64,000 nucleotides of DNA from the NCBI RefSeq assembly GCF_035084215.1, contig NC_090332.1, positions 29,016,001-29,080,000 of the forward strand, in the 5' to 3' direction. Shown in pieces: positions 12,114-24,446 of this stretch. Made by a program: the position numbers and the translations under genes. Positions within the stretch are counted from its first letter, which is position 1, and each line of letters begins with the position of its first letter. The notes below the pieces were generated by a model, which was given only the letters and a program-made list of their open reading frames with translations, made no database searches and had not been told where the DNA came from. This DNA comes from Heptranchias perlo. Lineage: Eukaryota.

Positions 12114-13881
12114 GCTGTAATTTTTGCTATTTGTTGCAGCATCTGTCAGTGGAGGACTGCCCCTTTAAATAGAGCTCCTCCAGCTGACAGATCTTACTGC
12201 GCATGCGCAGCCCGCCCGACGCGCAGATCAGCAGTGGGGAACCCGGAGGACCAGGTAGGTGGATCCAATTGGTGGATTGGATGCTACAATCGCGCGGGAA
12301 GCTGACTAATTTCACCGGGCGCGTTACCCGCGCGCCCGATAGCCCCCCCGCCGAGAACCTGCAGCCCTGCTAACATCAGGCCCAATGGCTTCGATCTTCC
12401 CAATATTTAGTTGGAAGAATTTTTGCTCATCCAGTACTGGATGTCGGACAAGCAATGTGACAAGCCAGAGGTAGTGGAGGGGTCAAGAGAGGTGGTGGTG
12501 AGGTAGAGCCGGATGTCATCAGCGTACATGTGGAACCTGATGTTGTGAGGGGCAGCATGCAGATGAGAAATAGGTGGGGCCAAGGATAGATCCTTGGGGG
12601 ACTCCAGAGGTAACAGTGCAGGAGTGGGAAGAGAAGCCATTGCAGGTGATTCTCTGGCTAGGACTGGATAGGTAGGAATAGAACCAGGCGAGGACAGTCC
12701 CACCAAGCTGGACGACGGAGGAGAGGCATTGGAAGACAATGGTGTGGTCAACTTGTGTCAAAGGCTGCAGACAGGTCAAGAAGGATGAGGAGGGATAGTT
12801 TACAATAGTCACAATCACGTAGGATGTCATTTGTGACTTTGATAAAGGCTGTTTCAGTGCTGTGGCAGGGACAGAAATCTGATTGGAGAGGTTCAAATAT
12901 GGAGTCGCAGGAAAGATGGATTTGGAAGGCGACAACAGGTTCGAGGACTTTGGAGAGGAAAGGGAAGTTGGAGATGGGACGATAGTTTTCAAGTCCAGAG
13001 GGGTCAAGGGTGGGTTTTTTGAGGAGGGTGCTGATGACGGCAGATTTGAAGGGAAGGGAACCATTAACAATATCAGCTAACATGGGGGCCAGGGAGGGAA
13101 GTTGGGTGGTCAGCAGTTTGGTGGGAATAGGGTCGAGGGAGCAGGAGGTGGGTCTCATGGACATGATGAGTTGGGAGAGGGCATGAGGGGAGATAGGAAA
13201 GAGACTAGAGAAAGATGCAAGTTCAGGGCTAGGGCAGTGGGGGAGCTTTGGAGGAAGTTTGGCTTTGTGGGCTAGGGGAAGGGAGGGAAGCAGCAGAGGC
13301 AACTGAATGGATGGTCTCAATCTTAGTGACAAAGAAGTCTATGAACTCCTTGCACTTGCTGTTGGAGGTGAGGATAGAGAGGGGTTTAAGAAGATGGTTT
13401 ATAGTGGAGAAGAGAAACCAGGGGCTATGTTTGCATTCCAGGATGATCCTGGATTAGTGAACAGTTTTGGCAAAGGAGAGCAGGACCCGATAGTACTTTA
13501 TATGGCCCAGCCAGATCTGGCGATGAATGGCTAAACCAGTTGCCTGCCATAAACATTCAAGTTTGCATCCCTTGGACTTAAGGAAGCAGAGATGAGGGCT
13601 GTACCATGGGGAGTGACCAGGGTGAGAGAGAGTAATGGTTTTAATGGGGATGTGGCATCAAAGGTAGAGGTCAGGGTGTGATTGGGCAGATTGGTAGCTG
13701 CAGAAATGTTGTGGTGAATGGAGGGCCAAAGGCCGTCTGGTTTCTGTAGTTTAGTACTGGACCAGGTGGTGCATTTACTCATTAGGCTGTTGGGGGTGCT
13801 CTAAACTATTTCTTATTCAAATTTTCACCCAGCAGTTTTACACAACTGATTAAACATTTGGCTATGTATCAGCCACATCAT

Positions 13882-14123
13882 GGGGGTGATTTTAAACCCC
13901 AAGAACGGGTGCGTTGGGGGCGGGTGGGAGTTGAAAATAGTTGTTTTTTGGGTCGCGACCACAACCCGGCTTTATTTCCGGGTTTAACGTCGGCACGGAA
14001 AAGTACAGGCTTCCCACTGGGAATGCAAAGTCCGAAAATTTTGCGGTTGTGACCCAAAAAAACAACTATTTTCAACTCCCTCCCGCCCCCAACCCACCCG
14101 TTCTTGGGGTTTAAAATCACCTC
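13882..14123. mobile_element. MITE family M1 copy
   Basis: Near-identical to 3164-3406, same orientation. Confidence 0.9.
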
Positions 14124-14189
14124 TGATATGACTGCACTGGAATACTCCATGGCATTGTACCAAAGGTAAATATCTGAAGAAACTGAGCT

Positions 14190-14550
14190 CCTCCTTAGTA
14201 GATAAAGGCATCGCCATACAGTGCAGAAAGCCCCAGGTTTGATTTCTTGTCTGTGCTGAGTTGGCTAATCTCACCAGTTGGATCTCCGTTCCCTCTGGGC
14301 TAGGAAGAGAAGAGAAACAAATCTACCAGGGTTCATTGCTCCTGATCGCCCTCCACTGACCTTTTGGTGGAAAGTATTTAGCTCTGCAGCAACCACATCA
14401 CATGACTACTGGAGTATTTTGTAGCCCTGCAACTCGTGATGCTAGAATAGGACAGAATAGGGCTCCATAATCAAATAGCCTGCTGGTCAAGCTCACACAT
14501 GATGACTAGCCACATGGGTGAGGTACAGAAGGCTATGGAATCATATGCCA
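14190..14550 (+). mobile_element. LF-SINE-like SINE
   Basis: ccccaggtttgattt..gtctgtgctgagttggctaatctc, ctgggctagg, ccagggttc..gctcctgatcgc, aatagcctgc..gctcacacatga..ggtgaggtac. Confidence 0.65.
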
Positions 14551-16580
14551 ACAAGTCAGGGCTTTCAGAAGGGGAGGTAGGAAAAGGAAGAAAATTGAAA
14601 AAAAAATATTATCTGAAGAAACTTGGTAAAAGACTTTGTCAGACAGGTCAGAAATATTGCAGAAACAGAATACTCTCATCTTCAAACAGGAACTCAGCCC
14701 TCCAGTGGTAAGAGAAATAATTTCTATTACAGGATACTGCTCTGGAAGCTGTTGGTAATGTTTATCACACGAGTGAAGGAGACAAGGTCACAAATTAGTT
14801 ATACAAGCCCCTTCATGACTGGAATAACATTCATTCTCAACACTTTCTTATGAAACATCTATTTATATGACATCTCCATTTCTGTTTTGCGATATTTTGT
14901 TAAAAAGTTAACAGTAATCTTACACTAGAGTTTTTGTCAGATATGGTAATAATTTTTTCCCTGTGGAGCTCAACAATGCCATAGCATTCCAGAGTGCATA
15001 GCAATAGACAGCATTGGTGCACATCGCAAGATAGGTTCGGACAAAGAAAGCTTCCTTGCTCCATTTGATCTCTTCCTTCCAGAATATGAACTCTACCACC
15101 TTCCTATTACAGCGTCGAGCATGTGGTGGTGGTACATCATAGTTCTACTACATCCTAGAAAAACATAACATAACATAGCACAACTCATAAGAACCAGTTG
15201 GTCAATAGTTCCAGTTAAATGTGTGCGTGTGTATATGTCAACTGGATATGGGAAAATGATGGAGAAGTTGTTCATCAATTTTATTTTGGTGTGTTTTATA
15301 TTGTTGCCATGGTAGATTATTAAAGGCATCCTGGTTTTATGAAGGATTTTTTTAAAAACACAGTGACAGAGGACTCATGATGCTATTTTTGAAAAAGCAT
15401 TTTTTTTACAGCATTAAACAAAATAGCGAGCGTGTGATTTTACTATATCCATGACATCCAATACGAAGTTGTTTGTTTTAACAAACAAGATGCTGCCAAT
15501 CATGATGCACTTGTAATAATAATCCTTCAACATTTCTCAAGTAGTTTGTGAGCTATTTAATGAGTATACACAAGCAAGAGTGCTAACACTGAGTCACGGC
15601 AAACATCTGGTAAATAAGTGAAGCAATGATAAATTAGGATCACCTTATGTTATATTGCATAACCATATCAAATGGCTTTACGTACAAATGGGATGAAAGC
15701 TAAAACATGTTAATTTAGGCTAATAGCCTGTGATTTCTATGATTGTTGTAAAATTAAACCTCAGTAAGCCATGCTGAGTTCCTGCCATTATTTTAACATT
15801 TATATCATGGTTCATGAGTGCTGACAATGATCCCAGGTTCCAGGTGGTGTGAAGCTGTATGAATTAGACCAGGTAACAAAACTAGAAATACTAGACATGT
15901 AATTTTATGCTTCTAGGATAGGCACAGAAGTGCAGTACATCCTTCCTAAAAAAAATGTTAATTTCAGTGGGGATGAAACTGAATTAACAATAAAAAACTG
16001 GTTGATCATTATAGAAATGTCATTTTATCCGAGTTTTAAGAGACCTTGGGCTCGATTTTGGGATCGTGTTTCCGGCGGGTTCCCAGCGGGGTGGCCCCGA
16101 AAATCCCGATATCCGGTCACGTGACCGGATCGCGACGAAATCCCGGCCACTTCCAGGTACCGCGCTGACGTGCGGGGCTGCGCGCGCAAGCCCCGCTGGT
16201 GGGAATCCCGCAGGCAATTAAAGCCAGCGGGGTTCCACTTGAGAGTACTTACCTTGCTCATTGTGGTCAGTTAATGAGCTGAAGCAGCTGTCAAAAGAGG
16301 AAGTGTGGGATTTTAGGTTCAAGGCAGTGAGTTTCCCACACAGGGGGAAACAGTCCCTCCTCAACCAGGCGTGTTGCAGCCAGCAGCCTGTGGCAGGTGC
16401 CAAGGTGCGCTCCACGGGGGAGAGCCCTCACCCACGCAGGAGGCCACCGCGTCACATAGGGCAACCCCTGCCCTCCACCACCCCCCGCCAAGCCAGAGGA
16501 CAGACCGACACGAAACCGCAGCCCCAGTCCGAGGAAGCACCCACCTACCCTGCACAACCCCTCAGACCAACACCTGCCAG

Positions 16581-17047
16581 ATGGGTGGTGTGTGGACACC
16601 CTCGGAGGACGAACAGCATGACCAGCACCAGCAGCCTCGCAGTCCACGCCGTCCGCCGCAGAGACGTGGATCCCCCCAACACGGTGTTGTAGCACGCCCA
16701 CCTGCACAGCAGGAGGGAGGGCTACCGCAGGGAGAGACGCATCGCAGAGGGCACTACCCTCGCCACAGGGTCCACAGACCGAGGCGCAGCTCCCCGGACC
16801 TCTCCGAGCAGCAGTGCACAGGGAGGCGCAGATTCGCTCGACATGTAGTCGTGGAGATCTGCAGCCTCTTTCATGCCGAGCTGCTCCTGGCTGGCCCAAC
16901 TGCTTACCTGTCGCTGTCAAAGTCACCACTGCCCTCCACACCTTCTCCTCCGCATCCTTCCAGGGTGCAGCCGGCTACACCGCCGATGTCTCTCAGTCGT
17001 CTGCGCGGACGAGCCCTGCAAATACACCTGCACCTACTCTGCAGTAA
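16581..17047 (+). pseudogene. N-terminal part of Harbinger transposase
   Basis: MGGVWTPSEDEQH...YPRHRVHRPR..PDLSEQQC...ICSLFHAELL; frameshift near 16900; LPVAVKVTTALHTFSSASFQ. Confidence 0.85.
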
Positions 17048-17576
17048 CACGATGGGTGGCATCAGTGGTGGGTCCTCATAGTGATACCCAGGAGCGGCCA
17101 TTATTGGACACAACGGACAGGATTCGCGGAGACATGGCAGTGGTGGTGTCAATATAATGTGTGCTGTTTGTTGCTCTGAAATTCAATATAGGTAACACCC
17201 ATGACAAACCCTCAGACACCCTTGTGCACCCCCTTCATGCTGACGACACGTTTGCCTTACGCTGCCTACTGCACATATGTGATGCATGCCCTGTGGCTGC
17301 AGCACAGGTGGTGGCAGGTTGAGTGAGGCTGGCCGTGAGGGAGATGCACGGGAGGGTGAGTATGGGATGGAGCAATGAGATTGTATGAGGATTGGGTTGC
17401 GTGTTAGTGGCAGGATGAGTACTGGCGAGGTGAGTAGGTGGAGGTAAGATGAGGATGGGGTTTGAGTGGGTATGAAGGGTGATGTGACAGAATAGTGTTG
17501 GCGGTGCCGAAGGAGATGTGGGGTGGGGGCAGTGTTGTGGCAGACGGAGTGTAGGGGAAAGACTTCATGTTCTCAC

Positions 17577-17821
17577 TGCGGCTGACCTACTGCGGTCATT
17601 GCAGCGCCTCCTGCACTGTATGCAGGTGGGCCATATGTTGGTGGCGCAGGTGACCCCCTCTGCCACCTCGAGCCAGGCCTTCTTGGTGGCAGAGGCAGGC
17701 CGCTTCCTCCCGCCCGCCGGGGGGAAGATCTGTGTCCTCCCCCTCCTCCTCACCCCATCTGATGATACCTGGGGTGAGGCATCATTAAACTGGGAGCAGC
17801 CTTCCCCCTGGGCTGTTCCAT
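17577..17821 (-). pseudogene. Exon 1 of Harbinger Myb/SANT-like gene
   Basis: FNDAS...KKAWLEVAEGV...WPTCIQCRRRCND; GTGAG donor; same early frameshift as copy A. Confidence 0.8.
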
Positions 17822-18354
17822 GCTGCAATTTGTTCCATTGGTTGCAGCATCTGTCAGTGGAGGACTGCCCCTTTAACTAGAGAGCCTCCAGCTGACAGAT
17901 CGTACTGCGCATGCGCAGCCCGACCGACGCGCAGGCCAGCGCCGTGGACCCCGGAGGAGCAGGTAATTGATTCCTATTAGTGGGTTGCCTGCTACGATCG
18001 CGTGGGCAACCCACTAATTTCGCCGTCCGCGTTTTCAACGCTCCCGGAGGACCACCCGCTGGGAACCCGCAGGCCTGCTAAATTCGAGCCCCTTCACTCT
18101 GCTTGTGGTATATACAGCAAAGTCCTTATGCTTAATCCCAACATGCATCCAGCTCCAACATGGTTCTATTTAGTCAGTTAAAGAAAGACTTATATTTATT
18201 CAGCATTTTATTACGTCACTCAGTAATGTCTCAAAGTTATGTGCAATTAATTATTTTGAAATGGATTAGCTAATTTTAGGTTGGCAAATTTAGCAGCCAT
18301 TTTCCTCATCGCAAAATCCCACAGACATCAATGAAATGAATGACTAGTAAACCT

Positions 18355-18412
18355 TTTTTTTTATTCGTTCATGGGATGTGGGCATCACTGGCAAGGCCAG
18401 CATTTATTGCCC
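18355..18412 (-). mobile_element. 58-bp extreme 3' end of a poly(A) LINE with target-site duplication
   Basis: Reverse match to 40368-40426; flanked by AAACCT at 18349-18354 and 18413-18418. Confidence 0.85.
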
Positions 18413-18496
18413 AAACCTGTTTTTGGTGGTTGAGGAAGAAATGTTGGACAATATCAAAAGAGAACTCACTGCTTTTCTTTGAATACTGAGGTCAGG

Positions 18497-18723
18497 GGGG
18501 GTGATTTTAAACCCCAAGAAAGGGTGGGAGTTGAAAACAGTTGTTTTTTCGGGTTGTAACCACAAAATATTTGGACTTGGCATTCCCAGTGGGAAGCCTA
18601 TACTTTCCGCGCTGATGTTAAACCCGGAAGTAAAGCCGGGTTACGGTCGCGACCCAAAAGACAACTGTTTTCAACTCCCACCCGCCCCCCAACCCATCTG
18701 TTCTTGGGGTTTAAAATCACCCC
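18497..18723. mobile_element. MITE family M1 copy (inverted, small deletion in one TIR)
   Basis: Same TIRs; internal segment is the reverse complement of that in 3164-3406. Confidence 0.88.
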
Positions 18724-19017
18724 ACAGATCTCAACATATGTGGACTTTCCGAACAGGCAGGCTGGGTCTCGACTTGATGCCTCCTGCATCATGGAGTATG
18801 TTTTGTGCCTCTACATAATGCCAGTCTGAACGCCTTTACCTGCTGAACTGTTGAACATATCTTCCTAAGAAGTCAAATAATCATTTATGTAACCAAAGAG
18901 AAGGATTAATCACAGTGAATGTTGAAATGAATTGGCCTACAACTAAACCAATTTTAGCAAATATACTTGCTCACCAAATACGTGTGCACAATACTGAAAC
19001 ACACAGTTCACAAAGTA

Positions 19018-19115
19018 TAAAATAAAAGCAAAAGGTTTTGCAAATGCACAGCTGGTCAGTCAGCTTCTGAAAGAGGCAGACAGGTTAACATTTCATGTGG
19101 AATCCTTCATCAGAA
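19018..19115 (-). mobile_element. Penelope-like element end with decayed minimal hammerhead core
   Basis: Minus strand ttCTGATGAaggattccacatGAAAtgttaacctgt..ttcagaagctgactgaccagctgtgcatttgc; related to 42965-43085. Confidence 0.55.
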
Positions 19116-21230
19116 AGAGTATTTTGTTTCACTTATATGGTAAAAATTCAGATATATTTTGAATTACAAATTGAAGCATACAGCCTTAAGACTCATCTTG
19201 CTCTTCACAATGTGGAGCCAGGACAAAGGGTTTGGGATCAATCAATACTACTGTAAATGCTTTGAAGAGAGAAGATGGTTTTAAGCTCACATGCATGGTT
19301 TCAATATAAGTTTGTAATATAAAACAGATATTCTCAGTTGAATAATGCCAGTGTTTCCTGGCTGTATTCCAAGAACTTCAAAGTATTGTTATCAGCAAAT
19401 TATCACCACTATATTAACAGAACAGGGCAATGTTCTGAGGAAATGTCAGTTTAAAATCTCAGTTTCCTCTCATTTCTGTGTAAAGAAGCCAAATTAACAC
19501 TAGCTCAGTGCAGATGTGAACATATTTCCACAGTCCTAATTAAAGGATCCAGTTCTCCCATAACTCCCCTGAGCTGTGTCACATTAACATTTTAGTTGAT
19601 GCAGACAAAACTGTTGACTAAAGTAAGACTGCTTTTCCCACAATTTTTGCATCTTTAAAAGACAAAGCATTTTATACTAGAGCTGTAAGCAATTTTTTGT
19701 ATTTATAAAGTTTATTCCACATATACATCCTGTTCCAGTCTCATTTTTGAAATTGCTTACCTTTCTTTTCTGTGGGAGCCTTTGCTGTTAAATGAAAACT
19801 ATCTTTTTTTATTCACAATGCTTATGTAAGTCTTAAATATATTGGCAGCCGCAATTTCAGTTTTTATCATTCTTAATCTGTTGAACTGGCCGATTTGCAG
19901 GAATAATTGGCACCTCCTTAATACCAGAACGGAATCATTATAAACTCTTACAAGTTGCTCTGTTTTTCCAAATACAAATCAGTGGTTTTCTAACCAGATT
20001 TGTTTTTGTTCTATAAATGTATACATACAGTGCAAATAAATAGCTAACACTGTGAAAATTCAGCTTTGATGGATTGCTCAAGAGATGAAGCATTTATATC
20101 ACTTTCCCGCACAGGTTGTTCCTGTTTGTTTTATAAATCCTGGATTACTAATACTTGTAGATTCTATGGAGACTAATGCATCTCAGCTATTTGCTACTGT
20201 TGCGCTGCACACTGTTAAAAAAGGGAACAGATAATGATGAGTTAACACAATGGATACCCTTTTTCCTACTTCCACTGCTGGAAAAAAAAAGCCTTTTTTT
20301 AATCACAGGAAGGTTTTGAAATGGAAATAAGTTGTTCCAGTAAGCAGACAATAGATCAGTAACCACATACAGCAAACACATTCCACCAACCAGATGTGGA
20401 GATTAAAGGTTAGTTTATATAATAAATTTGGAGGTGGGAAACTGATTCAGTTTTGTAAGCACATAAAAGTAACATTTTTTTTAATGACCCTTTTCCAGTC
20501 TCATGTGACCTTTTGGTGTTGACACATTAAGAAATGCTTGTATTTTGATCCATTTGTTTTCCAGAACATAAAAGCTCCAAAGATAATGGAATTGTTAAGC
20601 AATGGCCCAGATTAGCTAACGGTTCAGAAATAACAAAGTTCTCTTACAGTGCATTTAATTAGCAGAAAACGTTTGTGTCCACTGCACTTTTTATTGCCAT
20701 CTTTAAGTCCTGTACATAAATTGTTTGGTACATAAATCATAAGGACCGCAAGGACTATCTCGGAGCTCCAACCAGAATAAAGCCACCTTCACATCTATGA
20801 TGAAGTTGAATCAAATAACATTTCAAACAATTTGTTTTAAGTTTGGCTACTTAAGTAGAGGGACAATCTATGTCTTGTGGTTTGGACTTGCGCCAATGAG
20901 AGTCCGAGAATCCCACAACTCAGTTTTCTTAGGACCTGTCAAATCAGCACCAACATTTTGATCAGACACTTCCAGGTCTAATCCAGCTCTAATGATGACC
21001 CAGGTTTCCAATAGTTTTGCACATAACTGCATTCATCTAATAGTATATTATTTATATCCTGGGATAATTCACTACCACATCATAGCAAGTTAATTAGATC
21101 AATTAATCTGAATACAAAGTTAAGAGGAAGGTCAGTAGCTAATCAGTATTTATGACAAAATGTACCTGAAAATCTCATTTAAAGTTTATTAATCGGGTGA
21201 TTATTACCAAACATTTTCTAGTTTTACTGT

Positions 21231-22190
21231 TCATAGAATCGTAGGCCTCGATTTTTACTGGTGGGCGCGTTCAGGTCGGATGGAGGTATGGGCGGGAGAG
21301 AAACCATCACGGGGTTTTGCAGCGTGTGGCTTGGGCCATTTTAACTCCCTGGCCTGATTTAAATATTGCAGCACTGTCTCCCTCCTGAAACCGGCAGGAC
21401 TGACTTTAGGGCCAGCCGGCGGGTGCGAGAAATTTGGCTTGGGAGCCTTAGGACGTCAAGGACCCAAAGGAACAGTCCTCGGCATAACCTCAGTGCAGGC
21501 CAAGGGCTTCGGCAACCGATGCCAGGTGCTGAGGGGTAGGCAAGGCCGGGTCTGGGGAGGCCCAAGGAATCCTTGTGTGGCCTGGGGGGGACACAAAAGT
21601 TATTTTAAAAAAATTACCCTGGTCTCCTCTGGTTAGTGCCTACCGCAATGGTTTGGCTGTCGAGTTCCACACAATGCGGGACTTTCCCTGACACGAAAAA
21701 CGTAAAAATCACAGCGCGGGCACCAATAACATCATTGAGCCACAGCTTTTAAAATTAAAGTAGGCCCCCACCTGCCTATAATGGGTGCCTCGGCCGACTT
21801 GAAAGTTGGCGCAGATGAATTGGGAATTAGGTCGTGCCAGGTGGGAACGGAACGACCTCAGGCCCAGTAAGTTGACCTAGCCTAATTTTAAGCCCACTGA
21901 TGCACCATTCTCGCTGGGTGAGGAGGGTTAAAATCAAGGCCATAGAATCTTACAGAACAGAAGAAGGTCGTTCAGCCCATCGCGCCAGGGCTGGCTCTTT
22001 GAAAGAACTATCCAATTAGTCCCACTCACCCGTTCTTTCCCCATAGCCCTGCAAATTTTTTCTTTCCAAGTATATATCCAATTCCCTTTTAAAAGTTATT
22101 ATTGAATTTTCTGCCACCACCTTTTCAGGTAGTGCTTTGTAGGTCATAACAATTCGCTGCGTAAAAAAAGTTTCTCCTCATCTCCACTCT
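21231..22190 (-). mobile_element. CR1 3' end with (catagaat)n tail, split by a MITE
   Basis: tcatagaatc|MITE|atagaatcttacagaacagaagaaggtcgttcagcccatc; similar to reverse of 59780-60030. Confidence 0.75.
21244..21941. mobile_element. Harbinger-type MITE (~700 bp), family M3
   Basis: GGCCTCGATTTTTAC / GTTAAAATCAAGGCC; gta/ata flanks; shares gccattttaactccc.ggcct.atttaaata with 32479-33128. Confidence 0.75.
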
Positions 22191-22948
22191 GTTATTAAAA
22201 TATTAATGTGTGAACGGTGCTTGGAAGCTTTTAGTGCCTGACTGTTCTGCTTTGCTTCTTTCCTGATAGATACTGAAACAGATTGCATGTGGGCTCTGAA
22301 TCAATGTTGACCACTGTATTTATACCATGAAAGTGCTAAGCAAATGGAAAACTGCATTGTATTTCTCCGTGTTTATTATAAGCAATTTAAAAAAAACATA
22401 TCCTGTTTGATCCATGAAGGGGTTGTTTGATTGACACCCATGGTGTAATATTTCAGTCCTGTGATGCCAGGTGGATCTGTCATCATGGCCTAACTCATAA
22501 AAGATAAGTTGAAAAATGGCTCAGTTGGAAGTGATGTAATATCTTAGACTCCCTTTCCTGGCTTAGTGCCAACACATGGGGCCATGGATTCTAGCTATAG
22601 TAATACCATTGGTTGTAGGTCAATGGGACTAGCTATGGAATATGCTAGGACAAGATTCTTGACACTTTACTCCAGATCCCACAAGCATGAGATATAAGGC
22701 TAGAAATTAATATTGGTGCTATTATTGGACGGATGCTAACCGTGTTGCTATGAGATTCCTCTGTCCACTATTTTAGCAGAAGCATTTAAACTAATTGGGC
22801 CAATGCCTGGGTTAGAATAGAAATTGTCCAAGTCCAAATCATCTATATGTACTGAGAACAAAAGTGGACCTAGCACTGACCCTGACAAAAATCACTTCCA
22901 ACCCTTCCCCAATCCGAGCAATAGCCATTTATCCTGGCTGTTTGTTTC

Positions 22949-24355
22949 TAGGAACATAGGAACAGGAGTAGGCCATTCAGCCCCTCGTGCCTGCTCCGCC
23001 ATTTGCTAAGATCATGGCTGATCTGTGATTTAGCTCCATATAACTGCCTTTGGCCCATATCCCTCAATACCTTTGGTTGCCAAAAAGCAAAAAGCAGATT
23101 TAAATTTAGCAATTGAGCTAGTATCAATTGCCGTTTGTGGAAGAGAGTTCCAAACTTCTACCATCCTTTGTGTGTAGAAATGTTTTCTAATCTCACTCCT
23201 GAAAGTCTGGCTCTAATTTTTAGACTGTGCCCCCTACTCCTAGAATCCTCAACCAGCAGAAATAGTATCTCTCTATCCACCCTATCTGTTCCCCTTAATA
23301 TCTTATAAACTTCGATCAGATCATCCCTTAACCTTCTAAACTCCAGAGAATACAACCCCAATTTGTGTAATCTCTCCTCGTAACTTAAACCTTGAAGTCC
23401 GGGTATCATTCTAGTAAACCTACGCTGCACTCCCTCCAAGGCCAATATGTCCTTCCGAAGGTGCGGTGCCCAGAACTGCTCACAGTACTCCAGGTGCGGT
23501 CTAACCAGGGTTTTGTATAGCTGCAACATAACTTCTGCCCCCTTGTACTCTGGTCCTCTAGATATAAAGGCCAGCATTCCATTAGCCTTATTGATTATTT
23601 TCTGCACTTGTTCATGACACGTCAATGATCTATGTACCTGAAACCCTAAGTCCCTTTGGACATCCACTGTTTTTAACTTTTTACCATTTAGAAAGTATCC
23701 TGTTCTATCCTTTTTTGATCCAAAGTGGATGACCTCACATTTGTCTACATTGAATTCCATTTGCCACAGTTTTGCCCATTCACCTAATCTATCAGTATCG
23801 CTTTGTAATTTTATGTTTTCATCTACACTGCTTACAATGCCACCAATCTTTGTGTCATCGGCAAACTTAGATATGAGACTTTCTATGCCTTCATCTAAGT
23901 CGTTAATAAATATTGTGAATAATTGAGGCCCCAAGACAGATCCCTGCGGGACTCCACTAGTCACATCCTACCAATATGAGTACTTACCCATTATCCCTAC
24001 TCTCTGTTGCTTTTCGCTCAGCCAATTTCCTAACCAAGTCCGTACTTTTCCCTCGATTCCATGGGTTTCTATCTTAGCCAACAGTCTCTTATGTGGGATC
24101 TTATCAAATGCCTTCTGGAAGTCCATATAAATAACATCCATTGGCATTCCCCTGCCCACTACTTTAGTCACCTCTTCAAAAAATTCAATCAGGTTTGTCA
24201 GGCACGAGCTACTTTTCACAAATCCATGCTGGCTCTCTCTGATTAACTGAAAATTCTCGAGGTGTTCAGTCACCCTATCTTTAATTATAGACTCCAGCAT
24301 TTTCCCCAAAACAGATGTTAGGCTAACTGGTCTATAATTCCCTGGTTTCCCTCTA
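22949..24355 (-). mobile_element. CR1 LINE, 5'-truncated, RT region nearly open
   Basis: QHGFVK..SCLTNLIEFFEEV, YMDFQKAFDK, GVPQGSVLGPQLF, KFADDTK; the two ORFs are in frame and separated by one stop; sits inside an older CR1 fragment (22800-22948, 24356-24446). Confidence 0.95.
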
Positions 24356-24446
24356 GTGCGCCAACCAACTTTCTATCCATGCTATTACATTTCCTCTTCT
24401 ACCATGTGCCTGAATTTTTCTAACAAGCCTCTTGTGAGACATCTTA

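Larger units (their letters stand above)
10275..12383 (+). mobile_element. Mini-Harbinger A (internally deleted PIF/Harbinger transposon)
   Basis: TIRs GGGCGTCATTTTAGCA / TGCTAACATCAGGCCC; AAT duplication (10272-10274, 12384-12386); L2 sequence rejoins across it; carries transposase and Myb fragments. Confidence 0.9.
9515..13740 (-). mobile_element. L2-clade LINE (RT pseudogene), interrupted by mini-Harbinger A
   Basis: ORF fragments ENYRPISNFPFLSKVLE, HSTETA, LLDLSAAFDT, GVPQGSILGP, FHMYADD; L2 tail gcgctatataaatgcaag..(gtt)n at the 9515 end. Confidence 0.92.
16048..18091 (+). mobile_element. Mini-Harbinger B (same internal architecture as A)
   Basis: TIRs GGGCTCGATTTT / AAATTCGAGCCC; CTT duplication (16045-16047, 18092-18094); CpG-rich; internal sequence homologous to 10275-12383. 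Confidence 0.92.
18181..18790 (-). mobile_element. Deu-domain SINE (SacSINE1/AmnSINE-like) with two nested insertions
   Basis: gcagccattttcctcatcgcaaaatcccacagacatcaatga and aaatgttgg..gagaactc.ctgcttttctttgaata are reverse matches to 51400-51570; L2-like tail at 18181. Confidence 0.6.

Noticed and set aside
16291-16941. 216-aa minus-strand ORF as a third Harbinger gene
   Set aside because: Antisense shadow of GC-rich transposase sequence; not conserved as an ORF in copy A
3164-18723. CRISPR-like or other prokaryotic repeat system
   Set aside because: Repeats are dispersed TIR elements with no repeat-spacer periodicity or cas-like ORFs; sequence is vertebrate-like
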